The translations under genes and the position numbers were made by a program. This document shows positions 1-8,324 of a stretch of DNA of 64,000 nt, piece after piece (positions within the stretch are counted from its first letter, which is position 1; every line of letters begins with the position of its first letter). Under the pieces are notes generated by a model. The model saw nothing but the letters and a program-made list of their open reading frames with translations, was not told the origin of the DNA and searched no databases. The DNA is from an uncultured Gemmatimonadales bacterium (lineage in GTDB: Bacteria; Gemmatimonadota; Gemmatimonadetes; Gemmatimonadales; GWC2-71-9), in contig CAWCVB010000003.1 in NCBI GenBank assembly GCA_963798915.1, positions 64,001-128,000 of the forward strand, read 5' to 3'.

Positions 1-30
1 AAGGTATCGCTCATCATCCTGGAGCGTCCG

Positions 31-450
31 ATGCTTCGATTTCTCGCCGTTGGCGCCATCACCGTCCTGGCCGCCGCGCCGCTTTCCGCCCAGATTGCCC
101 CGCCGATGGATTCGCTCGAGCTTGGCCGCAAGGCCTCGGAGTGGTTCTTCGTCGGGAAGACTGACAGCCTGTGGGCTCATGTGGCCGACACGACTGCATG
201 GAAGTCGAAGGCGGAGTTTACGGAAGGACTGAAGTCGAACCTTGCGGAGCTGGTGAGCCGAGCCGGGTTCGAGGAAAAGGTGCTGAAGGAAGAATTCGTG
301 AAGCGGCATGGCGAGACGCAGTACTGGCGAACCGGCCGATACACCACATTCGACGACCCGGTCATGGTTCGCTGGGTGATTATCGGCGGCCGGATTGCTG
401 GCTTCGGGATGAATCCTGCCAGTCAGGCGCCGGAGAGGGATCCGTCGTAG
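31..450 (+). CDS. Hypothetical exported protein
   Basis: 139-aa ORF with a signal-peptide-like N-terminus (LAVGAITVLAAAPLSA-Q) and GGAG upstream; family not recognised. Confidence 0.75.
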   Translation: MLRFLAVGAITVLAAAPLSAQIAPPMDSLELGRKASEWFFVGKTDSLWAHVADTTAWKSKAEFTEGLKSNLAELVSRAGFEEKVLKEEFVKRHGETQYWRTGRYTTFDDPVMVRWVIIGGRIAGFGMNPASQAPERDPS

Positions 451-520
451 CCGGCTGGACGGCTGGAGCTCGAAGGCAGAGCACTAGCCGCCTGGCCGTC
501 CTGCCGTCTTGCCGTCTAGC
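451..520. repeat. Inverted octamer arrays between convergent genes
   Basis: (CGGCTGGA)x2 followed by about five degenerate C(T/C)NGCCGT-type units of opposite sense. Confidence 0.6.
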
Positions 521-998
521 CGGCTGTGAGCGGAACCAATCTCGCCCTGGGCGGAATGCCCGGCTCGAGCTCCATGATACCCACCGACGGCGGAAGATCG
601 AAGCGGCGGGGTCCGGCGCCGCCCGGGTTCATCACCGTCACCACCACATCTACGGTCGTGAGCAGCGGGCGATGGGTATGCCCGTAGACGATGATCTCGG
701 CATCGGGAAAGGCGGCGTTGAGTTTCTCAGGTGACGGAGCACCAAGCTGGTCCCCATGCGTCACGACGATATCGAACCCATCAAGGCGGATCGACGCCAC
801 CTGTGGCAAGCGCTCGCGCAGGTCCCACCCGTCGGTGTTGCCATACACCGCCGTCACCGGCGCCAGCGCTTCCAGTTCGGTCAGGAGTTCCGGTGGCCCC
901 ACATCGCCAGCGTGGAGAATGTGGTCCACTTCAGCGAAGGCTTCGAACACCTCAGGTCGAAGCAGCCCGTGGGTGTCGGAGATGATGCCCAGCCTCAC
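516..998 (-). CDS. Metallophosphoesterase, YfcE/MJ0936 family
   Basis: Motifs ISDTH, HAGD, GNTD, THG, GHTH, NPG; GTG start at 998 overlaps the ubiX stop (GTGA). Confidence 0.9.
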   Translation of the reverse strand: MRLGIISDTHGLLRPEVFEAFAEVDHILHAGDVGPPELLTELEALAPVTAVYGNTDGWDLRERLPQVASIRLDGFDIVVTHGDQLGAPSPEKLNAAFPDAEIIVYGHTHRPLLTTVDVVVTVMNPGGAGPRRFDLPPSVGIMELEPGIPPRARLVPLTAG

Positions 999-1606
999 GC
1001 GTGGTTGTCCTGATCGCCTTGCCAGCGCGGGCCGACCTGGATGTCCAGTTCGAGGTGATCGAGCACCCGCTGAACTACAAAGTCCACCAGCTCGGAGACT
1101 CTGGTCGGCCGGTGGTAGAATCCCGGTGCCGCCGGAATGATCGTGGCGCCGGCCTCGGCGAGCAGGGTGAGATTGCGCAGGTGCACCAGCGACAATGGGG
1201 TCTCCCGGGGGACGACGATGAGGCGCCGACGCTCCTTGAGCGTCACGTCGGCCGCCCGCTCCACCAGCGAGCGGCTGCTCCCATGCGCAATCGCGGATAC
1301 GGTACCCATGGAACAGGGGCAGATCACCATTCCTGCGGTGCGCTGGCTGCCGGAGGCGGGCAACGCTCCCCGGTCCCCGTCGGGAAAGGTCGTGACGCGC
1401 GCCCACTGGCCGCCGGTCGCCTCGCGAAGCTCGTCGAGCGAACTGATGCCGCACTCGTCACGCAGCAGCCGCATGCCATGCGACGACGGCACCAGCCAGA
1501 CCGTCACACCTCCGCGGACGAGCGCGTCGAGCAGGCGCACGGCGTAGGGTGCACCGCTTGCGCCCGTGATGGCGAGCACCACCGGCGACCCGTCGGCGCC
1601 GCTCAT
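995..1606 (-). CDS. ubiX: Flavin prenyltransferase UbiX
   Basis: ITGASGA, CPCSMGT, RAADVTLKERR, VPRETP, PAAPGFYHRP motifs. Confidence 0.95.
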   Translation of the reverse strand: MSGADGSPVVLAITGASGAPYAVRLLDALVRGGVTVWLVPSSHGMRLLRDECGISSLDELREATGGQWARVTTFPDGDRGALPASGSQRTAGMVICPCSMGTVSAIAHGSSRSLVERAADVTLKERRRLIVVPRETPLSLVHLRNLTLLAEAGATIIPAAPGFYHRPTRVSELVDFVVQRVLDHLELDIQVGPRWQGDQDNHA

Positions 1607-2535
1607 GTCAGCCGGTCCAGCAGCGCAAAGGCAAAGACGGTAATGCTCATCACTCCATTCATCGTAAAGAAGGCCGCGTTGAGGCGGCTGAGGTCACCAG
1701 GATGCACCAGTTGGTGTTCGTAGGCCAGGATAGCCGCGCCGAATAGGACGCCGGCGTAATACCAGACGCCGAACCCCGCACCCCACCCGAACACCAGCAG
1801 CAACGGAATGGTGAGCCCGTGCAGCAGTTTGGCCAGGACGATGGCACGCCGCTCGCCCAGCCGCACCACCGCACTGCGCAGCCCCTCACGCGCATCAAAC
1901 TCGGCGTCCGGCAAGGCATAAAAGATGTCGAAACCGGCCACCCAGGTGGCCACGGCCATGGCAATGGCCAGGAGCAGCCAGCCGGGCCGGCTCCACGCCC
2001 CGGTCACGGCCAGATAGCCGCCGACCGGTGCCATGGCGAGGCTCGTGCCCAGCCACAGATGGGGCCACCAGGTAAATCGCTTGCTCAGGCTGTACGCCAT
2101 GATCCAGACTAGCGCCGCCGGAGCCAGCAGGGCGCACAGCGGATTCAGCAGCCCCGCCGCCAGCAGGAAGACCAGACCGGCGACCACCACCGAGATCCAC
2201 GCCTGGCGAAGGCTGAGCGCGCCGCGCGGGAGTTCGCGGGCGTGAGTCCTCGGGTTGCGGGCATCGTAGTGCCGGTCCGCGATGCGATTGAACCCCATCG
2301 CAGCCCAGCGCGCACTGCTGAATGCCACAACCGCAAGCACCACGATGCGCAGAGTCACCGGAGCCACCGCCGTGGCGGCGAGCAACCCGAGCAGCGCGAA
2401 CGGCAGGGCGAAGAGCGTATGGGGCAGCTTCACGAAATTGATGAAGCGGATGGGAAGCGATTGGCCGTGAAAAGTCTGGCCTTCGCGCGTCGAGGGTCGA
2501 GAGTCGAGAGTCGAGGACTCCAGGTCGCCGGTCAT
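1603..2535 (-). CDS. UbiA-family prenyltransferase (MqnP-like)
   Basis: VKLPHTLFALPF, FNRIADRHYDARNPRT, AGFDIFYA motifs; multi-TM; lies between ubiD and ubiX. Confidence 0.9.
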   Translation of the reverse strand: MTGDLESSTLDSRPSTREGQTFHGQSLPIRFINFVKLPHTLFALPFALLGLLAATAVAPVTLRIVVLAVVAFSSARWAAMGFNRIADRHYDARNPRTHARELPRGALSLRQAWISVVVAGLVFLLAAGLLNPLCALLAPAALVWIMAYSLSKRFTWWPHLWLGTSLAMAPVGGYLAVTGAWSRPGWLLLAIAMAVATWVAGFDIFYALPDAEFDAREGLRSAVVRLGERRAIVLAKLLHGLTIPLLLVFGWGAGFGVWYYAGVLFGAAILAYEHQLVHPGDLSRLNAAFFTMNGVMSITVFAFALLDRLT

Positions 2536-2577
2536 CGGTCGTCAGTCATTGGTCGAGCGTCGAGCGTCGAGCGTCGC
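2487..2577. repeat. GTCGAG(A/C/G) heptamer arrays across the ubiD/ubiA junction, translated
   Basis: GTCGAGG/GTCGAGA and GTCGAGC runs encode the UbiA N-terminus (ESSTLDSRPSTR) and UbiD C-terminus (RRSTLDARP). Confidence 0.8.
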
Positions 2578-4067
2578 CCATTCTCCATCCACGCGTCCAG
2601 GCCCAACTCCGGCATCAATGCATCGACCCGCTGCCTGGTGGCATCGTCCATGATGATGAGATCCGGCCAGGTCCGGGTGAATCCCTCGTCCGCCCACTTT
2701 CGAGTGGCGTCGATGCCCATCTTGCTGCCGAATGTGAAGTGCTGGGAGGAATGATCGAGGACGTCCACGGGCCCGCGGGTGAACATCACGTCCCGCTCGG
2801 GATCGATATTGTTGAGCGCCACCCACCATGCCTCATCCGGATCCTGAACGTTGACGTGCTTGTCGACCACCACGATGACCTTGGCCAGCGCCATCAGGCC
2901 CTGGCCCCAGAGCGCGTGCATCACCTTGTATGCCTGACCGGGATACTGCTTGTCGATCGAAACGAAGACCAGGTTATGGAAGATGCCAGCGGCGGGCATG
3001 TGGTAATCGACAATCTCCGGCACGGTCAGTCTGAGCAGCGGCAGGAAGATCCGTTCGGTGGCGTGGCCCAGGTAATAATCTTCCATGGGCGGGCGACCGA
3101 CCAGCGTGGCCGGATACACCGGGTTGCGCTTCCGGGTGACAGCGGTGACATGCACCTTGGGGTACCAGTCGGCCAGTGAATAGAATCCGGTGTGGTCGCC
3201 GAAGGGACCTTCCAGCACGAGTGGCTCAGCGGGATCGATGTAGCCCTCGATGACAAAATCAGCCTCTGCGGGTACCTCGAGGTCACAGGTGAGCGCCGGC
3301 GCCAGTTCCACGGGGCTCTTGCGCATGAAACCGGCAAAGAGAAACTCGTCGATGCTGGGCGGGAGCGGCGCCGACGCGGCGTAGATGCTGGCGGGGTCGC
3401 CGCCGAGCGCGATCACGACCGGCATGCGCTGGCCGCGCTCCGCCATTTCGCGCCAGTGCGCCGCGCCAACCTTGTGCCGCTGCCAATGCATCGCCAGCGT
3501 GTCCCGGCCCAGCACCTGCACCCGGTACATGCCAACATTGCGGGTGCCGCGCACCGGATCACGGGTGACCACCATCGGGAGCGTAATGTACGGCCCGCCA
3601 TCACCCGGCCACGTGGTGAGGAATGGAATGGCGGAGAGGTCGGCGGCGGCGTCGCGCGCCACGACCTCCTGGCAGGCGGGCTTCCCGCCCCGCACCTTGG
3701 GCGGGAATTTGGCCATCTCGGCCAGCCGGGGCAGCATGGCGAGCTTGCCCATCAGTCCTTCCGGCACCTTGAGCTCGAGCATCTCGCCGATGCGTTCGGC
3801 GATCTCGTCCAGCCGCTCCACGCCCAGCGCGAGCGCCATCCGCCGTGAGGACCCGTAAAGATTGATGGCTACGGGAAACTCGCTGCGACGGCCGTCGTCC
3901 AGAATGACATGCTCGAACAGCAGTGCTGGTCCACCGCCCGCCGCCTTCATGCATCGGTCGGCGATCTCGGCGATTTCAAGCCGGGCCTTCACCGGCTGGG
4001 CGATGCGCACCAGTTCGCCGATGCGGTCGATGGCGGCGAGGAAGTCCGCGAGGGAGTTGAGGGTCAT
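2532..4067 (-). CDS. UbiD-family menaquinone biosynthesis decarboxylase (MqnL-like)
   Basis: RNVGMYR, EGPFGDHTGFY, GRPPMED, GSKMGIDAT motifs. Confidence 0.95.
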   Translation of the reverse strand: MTLNSLADFLAAIDRIGELVRIAQPVKARLEIAEIADRCMKAAGGGPALLFEHVILDDGRRSEFPVAINLYGSSRRMALALGVERLDEIAERIGEMLELKVPEGLMGKLAMLPRLAEMAKFPPKVRGGKPACQEVVARDAAADLSAIPFLTTWPGDGGPYITLPMVVTRDPVRGTRNVGMYRVQVLGRDTLAMHWQRHKVGAAHWREMAERGQRMPVVIALGGDPASIYAASAPLPPSIDEFLFAGFMRKSPVELAPALTCDLEVPAEADFVIEGYIDPAEPLVLEGPFGDHTGFYSLADWYPKVHVTAVTRKRNPVYPATLVGRPPMEDYYLGHATERIFLPLLRLTVPEIVDYHMPAAGIFHNLVFVSIDKQYPGQAYKVMHALWGQGLMALAKVIVVVDKHVNVQDPDEAWWVALNNIDPERDVMFTRGPVDVLDHSSQHFTFGSKMGIDATRKWADEGFTRTWPDLIIMDDATRQRVDALMPELGLDAWMENGRRSTLDARPMTDDR

Positions 4068-4852
4068 GGGGTCGCGGGTCGCGGGTCGTGGGTCGTGGAA
4101 CTCGTGACTCGTGACTCATGACCCGCGTCTCGCGACCCAGCATGCGCCACCGTCACGCCGCCCAGGAATCGACGATAGCGAACATCCGTGAACCCGGCGG
4201 CTTCCATGCGCCGAGCCAGGGCATCAGGATCGGGAAAGGCGCGGGTCGAGTCCGGCAGCCATTGGTATGCCGTGCCGTGTCGTGAGACCAGCCGACCGAT
4301 GCGCGGCAGCACATGTTCGAAATAGGCCAGGTACATTCCCCGGAGAGGCTGTGACGGTGGCGTACTCATTTCCAGCACGACCAGCCGGGCACCGGTTTTG
4401 AGCACGCGCGCAGCTTCCCGCAGTCCGGCATCGAGATCAGCCAGGTTGCGGACGCCCCATCCCACCATCGCCCCGTCAAAAGTGCCATCAGCAAAAGGGA
4501 GCTGCAGGGCGTCGGCATTGACCGCGTCCGCCCGGGTCGTCTTTCCCTGCCCGAACTGCAGCATGCGAAGGACGAAGTCGGCTCCGGTGACGCGGCCGCG
4601 GAATCCCCGCTCGCGCGCGAGCGCCGCCGCGAAATCGAGGGTGCCGGCGCAGAGATCGAGATAGTGACCCTCAGGTGCGCGCTCCCAGTCCAGCATCCGA
4701 AGCGCGGCCCGGCGCCAGTGCAGGTCGAGCCGGAAACTGATGACGCGGTTGAGCCGGTCGTAGGTCGGGGCGATGGCATTAAACATCTCCCGGACATACT
4801 TTCTCTTGGCCGGCCCGCCGGCGACTGGTAACTCACGATCTGAGGCGAACAT
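4064..4852 (-). CDS. menG: Demethylmenaquinone methyltransferase UbiE/MenG
   Basis: VREMFNAIAPTYDRLN, LDLCAGT, DALQLPF, GVRN motifs; start placed at ATG 4852. Confidence 0.9.
   Translation of the reverse strand: MFASDRELPVAGGPAKRKYVREMFNAIAPTYDRLNRVISFRLDLHWRRAALRMLDWERAPEGHYLDLCAGTLDFAAALARERGFRGRVTGADFVLRMLQFGQGKTTRADAVNADALQLPFADGTFDGAMVGWGVRNLADLDAGLREAARVLKTGARLVVLEMSTPPSQPLRGMYLAYFEHVLPRIGRLVSRHGTAYQWLPDSTRAFPDPDALARRMEAAGFTDVRYRRFLGGVTVAHAGSRDAGHESRVTSSTTHDPRPATP
4068..4138. repeat. Heptamer arrays (GGGTCGC, GACTCGT) in the menG 3' end
   Basis: GGGTCG(C/T) x4, then (G/A)ACTCGT/GACTCAT units and an inverted CGCGACCC. Confidence 0.75.
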
Positions 4853-4906
4853 AGGCGCAGAATGTAGCCCTTCCGGAAGCCACACCGCAAGCACGGGCTC
4901 CCCCCG

Positions 4907-5509
4907 GTGAGCACCCCGCAAGGCCTGCAGGGGCGCACCGACCAGGAGGTCGTGGCGCTGGCGCGTTCCGGTCTCGAGGCCGCCTATCGCGAACTGCTGC
5001 GGCGCTATGAGCGACCCATCTTCTCGCTGATCTTCCGCATGGTCCGCGACCGCGAACTGAGCGAGGACTTGGCGCAGGAGACCTTCGTGAAGGCGCTCAA
5101 TGCGCTCGATTCCTACCGGCCCGAGTTCAAGTTCTCTTCCTGGATTTTCAAGATCGCCAACAATACCGCGATCGATCAGCTTCGGCGGCGCGAGCTCGAC
5201 ACCCTCTCGCTTGAGGGATCGCCTCATGCGTCAACGCCGGAGGCCATCGAGGCGACGGCGTTGCAGATCGGAGCGCGACAGGAGACGCCGCTCGACACCG
5301 TCGAGGCCAAGGAACTCGGCGGCCAGATCGAAGCCGCCATCGGAGCGCTGCGGCCTGAGTACCGCGCCTGCATCCTGCTCCGCCACGTCGAGGGACGGCC
5401 CTATGAAGAAATCGCCGAGATCCTCGACCTTCCGCTCGGTACGGTCAAGACATACATCCATCGCGCTCGCAATGAGTTGCGAGACGCATTGGGGCACTTG
5501 CGCGAATGA
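4907..5509 (+). CDS. ECF sigma-70 factor (SigW/RpoE-like)
   Basis: Region 2 (EDLAQETFVKA, FSSWIFKIANN) and region 4 (YEEIAEILDLPLGTVKTYIHRAR). Confidence 0.95.
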   Translation: MSTPQGLQGRTDQEVVALARSGLEAAYRELLRRYERPIFSLIFRMVRDRELSEDLAQETFVKALNALDSYRPEFKFSSWIFKIANNTAIDQLRRRELDTLSLEGSPHASTPEAIEATALQIGARQETPLDTVEAKELGGQIEAAIGALRPEYRACILLRHVEGRPYEEIAEILDLPLGTVKTYIHRARNELRDALGHLRE

Positions 5510-5533
5510 AACCTTCCCTTTCCAGGCTCCGTA
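5507..5533 (+). promoter_or_regulatory. Candidate SigW-type ECF promoter for the anti-sigma operon
   Basis: TGAAAC (5507-5512), 17-nt spacer, CGTA (5530-5533), followed by GGAGG and ATG 5547. Confidence 0.6.
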
Positions 5534-5546
5534 GGAGGGCTCACTT

Positions 5547-6149
5547 ATGACCCGATCCCGGCAGCACTTGACGCCCGACGAAATTGACGCGCTGCTTTTT
5601 GGCGAGTCCACGCCTTCGCTCTTTCAGCATGCCCGTGATTGCGATGCGTGTGCGCGCGCCGTTGCCGAGCAGCGCGCGGTCATCCGGGCACTGGAATCAT
5701 TGCGCGAGTTTTCGCCTTCCGAGGACTTTGCCGATCAGGTCATGTTCCAGATCGCGGTTCCCGATCCCTTCGCAATACGCTCCATTGCGTCGGCGCCGGG
5801 CCGGCTGCTGGTCACGGCGCGAAGCCGGGCAGTTGCGGCTTCGGTCGGGGTGCTCCTGGTCGGAGCCATGGCCGCCAGCATCATCTGGACGGCGCTCAAC
5901 CGCGAGGTGCTGGCCTCAGCCGGCCAGTGGATTGGCGGCGAGGCAACCCAATGGTTCTGGGTGCTGCTGCGCGGTACCTTCGCCAATGTCACCGAACAGC
6001 CGTGGTTCGATAGTGTCCGCCAGGGCCTCGGTGCACCAGCCCGACTCGCGGCCGCCTCCGCGGTGGCAATGATGCTCTACGCCGGCGGACTCATGGCGCT
6101 GCGCAAGCTCATGTCTCTCCCGTCGGGGGCGGCACATGCGAGCGCTTAG
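5547..6149 (+). CDS. Membrane-anchored zinc-binding anti-sigma factor
   Basis: HxxxCxxC motif (HARDCDAC) plus TM helices; directly downstream of the ECF sigma. Confidence 0.85.
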   Translation: MTRSRQHLTPDEIDALLFGESTPSLFQHARDCDACARAVAEQRAVIRALESLREFSPSEDFADQVMFQIAVPDPFAIRSIASAPGRLLVTARSRAVAASVGVLLVGAMAASIIWTALNREVLASAGQWIGGEATQWFWVLLRGTFANVTEQPWFDSVRQGLGAPARLAAASAVAMMLYAGGLMALRKLMSLPSGAAHASA

Positions 6150-7395
6150 GGCGGCACCCGGCGCGCTGCTGCTGCTGGTCCTGCTCGCGGCGTCATTGCA
6201 CGCTGAGCGCCGTTCAGGACGCAAGGCGCCAGACCTGTGGAGTCTGATCCAACAGATGCGTGGTGGCCAGGACGATTCCCTGGGCAACCGGCAGCAGGCA
6301 GAGCACCCGGCGGCCATTCCTCCTGCAGCCGCGGGCGGGCCGGTCATTGACCTCTCGGACCTCTCGCATCCCCTGGAACTGGAGCGTCAGCTGAGCGAGC
6401 TGGGGTCGCTTCCCGACTCGGCGGTTCGCGTCACGCTCACTGGTGGCACGGCCCGCCTTGGCGCGTACAGCATCGGCTCCGACCAGTCGCTTCCCGGGCA
6501 TCTGCTGGTGCTCCGAGGAAACGCCGAGGTCTTCGGCCGCCTGGAGGGCAACCTGGTGACGTACGACGGCGACGTGATCCTGCACCCGGGCGCCATCGTT
6601 TCTGGCGACGTCCTCGCGGTCCATGGCCGGGTGCAGAATGGAGGCGGCGAGATTCAGGGCGAATCCCGCACGCTGGCGGCAGCAGCGACGACCGCTCGCG
6701 CGAAAGCGCCGGCCTCGGCCCTGTCGCTCACCTTCCGGCGGCTGACCGGGGTACTCGGTGTCTTTCTCGCACTCGCGTGCCTGGGCTGGGCGCTGGCCGT
6801 CTTTGCCCGCCACAACCTGCAGATCGTCTCCGATACTACGACGCATAATTTCGGTCGCGCCTTTGTGACCGGACTGATTGGCCAGATCCTGCTGCTGCCC
6901 ACGTTCGGCATGCTGGTCGTCGGCCTGGTGCTGAGCGTGGCCGGGATTCTGCTGCTGCCCTTTGCGGTCGTCGTGTACGCCCTGCTGGTTGTCGTCGGCG
7001 TCATCGGCGGCTTCCTTGCCGTCATGCACGCGATGGGCGAGACCTGGACCCGGCGGCGCCAGGCCGCTGGCGTCATGCTGGGCGACGCAGGAAGCGCCCG
7101 GCTCGTCTTTCTTGGGCTGGGCGTGGTGCTGACGCTCTGGGTGGCGTGGGCGCTGGTCGGCTGGGTGCCGGTGGCTGGCAGCATCGTCCGGGGCGCAGCG
7201 GTCCTGCTCACCTGGCTGCTCGCGACGACCGGTCTCGGAGCGGCAATGCTGTCGAGAGCGGGTGTCAGGGAAAACTTTGCCGGACGGATCATTCCCCCCG
7301 AAGCGCTGACGGACGAATATCTCTGGGCCACGCCTCGGTTTGGCGTTGCGGCCGCCCGTCGGCCCGGGTCACCGACACCACCGCGGCAGCGATGA
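6136..7395 (+). CDS. Membrane protein with bactofilin-like beta-helix domain
   Basis: Glycine-rich repeats (GNAEVFGRLEGNLVTYDGDV..GAIVSGDV) followed by several TM helices. Confidence 0.7.
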   Translation: MRALRAAPGALLLLVLLAASLHAERRSGRKAPDLWSLIQQMRGGQDDSLGNRQQAEHPAAIPPAAAGGPVIDLSDLSHPLELERQLSELGSLPDSAVRVTLTGGTARLGAYSIGSDQSLPGHLLVLRGNAEVFGRLEGNLVTYDGDVILHPGAIVSGDVLAVHGRVQNGGGEIQGESRTLAAAATTARAKAPASALSLTFRRLTGVLGVFLALACLGWALAVFARHNLQIVSDTTTHNFGRAFVTGLIGQILLLPTFGMLVVGLVLSVAGILLLPFAVVVYALLVVVGVIGGFLAVMHAMGETWTRRRQAAGVMLGDAGSARLVFLGLGVVLTLWVAWALVGWVPVAGSIVRGAAVLLTWLLATTGLGAAMLSRAGVRENFAGRIIPPEALTDEYLWATPRFGVAAARRPGSPTPPRQR

Positions 7396-8237
7396 GGGCG
7401 GCCGGCATCGCGCTGGCCGCACTGCTGGCCGGCGCTGGCCTGCTCAACGCCCAGGAAATGCGCGACTATTCAGTCGCGCGCCAGCGCCATGGTGAGAGCC
7501 GCCTGCAGGCCCGCCTCGAATTCGCGGCCGGTACCATCCAGATCGCGGCCGGCCGGGATGACCAGCTGTACTCCATGCAGCTTCGGTATGACCCGGAGCG
7601 CTTCAGCCCCATCAGCCGCTTCAATGGCGGCGACGGCTCCCTCGCCCTCGGCATCACCAATGCCGGAAAGAGCGGGCTGCGCGTGGCATCGCGGTCACAG
7701 CTCACCCAGACCGCGAGCGTCCAGCTGAGCCCGGCCGTCACCCTTTCGCTCGATGCCACGCTTGGCGCCGCTGACGCGACCATCGAGCTGGGTGGGCTCC
7801 GCCTCGAGGAACTTCGACTCAAGACCGGCGCCAGCCGGACGGCGCTCGCCTTCAGTCGCGCCAACAGCATTCGATGCTCCAGCATGATCGTCGAGTCGGG
7901 CGCCGCCGAGCTCATGCTCGACCACCTGGGCAACAGTCGGTGCGAGACAGTGCGGATCACGGGCGGTATCGGCCTGACGACGCTGGATCTCCGCGGCGTC
8001 TGGGGCGCGCGCAGCACCGTTGCGGTCAAGATGACCGCAGGCGGGCTGGCGCTGCGCATTCCGTCCTCGGTCGGTGTGCGCGTGCGCTCGCAGCAATTTC
8101 TGTCCAGTTTCCCGTCGAAAGGCTGGACCAGGCGGGACGGTGCGCTGCTGTCCCCTGGCTATGATGCGGCGGTCCGCCACGTGGACCTCGCGTTGGAGAC
8201 GGCACTGGGGAACGTGGAAGTGGAGTGGGTGAGGTAA
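7392..8237 (+). CDS. Exported beta-solenoid protein (LiaF/DUF4097-like)
   Basis: ATG 7392 overlaps the upstream stop; signal peptide; repeated G-A-G/L-D-L beta motifs. Family call is tentative. Confidence 0.6.
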   Translation: MRAAGIALAALLAGAGLLNAQEMRDYSVARQRHGESRLQARLEFAAGTIQIAAGRDDQLYSMQLRYDPERFSPISRFNGGDGSLALGITNAGKSGLRVASRSQLTQTASVQLSPAVTLSLDATLGAADATIELGGLRLEELRLKTGASRTALAFSRANSIRCSSMIVESGAAELMLDHLGNSRCETVRITGGIGLTTLDLRGVWGARSTVAVKMTAGGLALRIPSSVGVRVRSQQFLSSFPSKGWTRRDGALLSPGYDAAVRHVDLALETALGNVEVEWVR

Positions 8238-8324
8238 GACGGACAGACGGACAGACAGGGCCGAACATCGCGCATGGCACCGGAAGGAGCACGGCATGCC
8301 GTGCCCCTGCCCCCGCCTTCCCGC

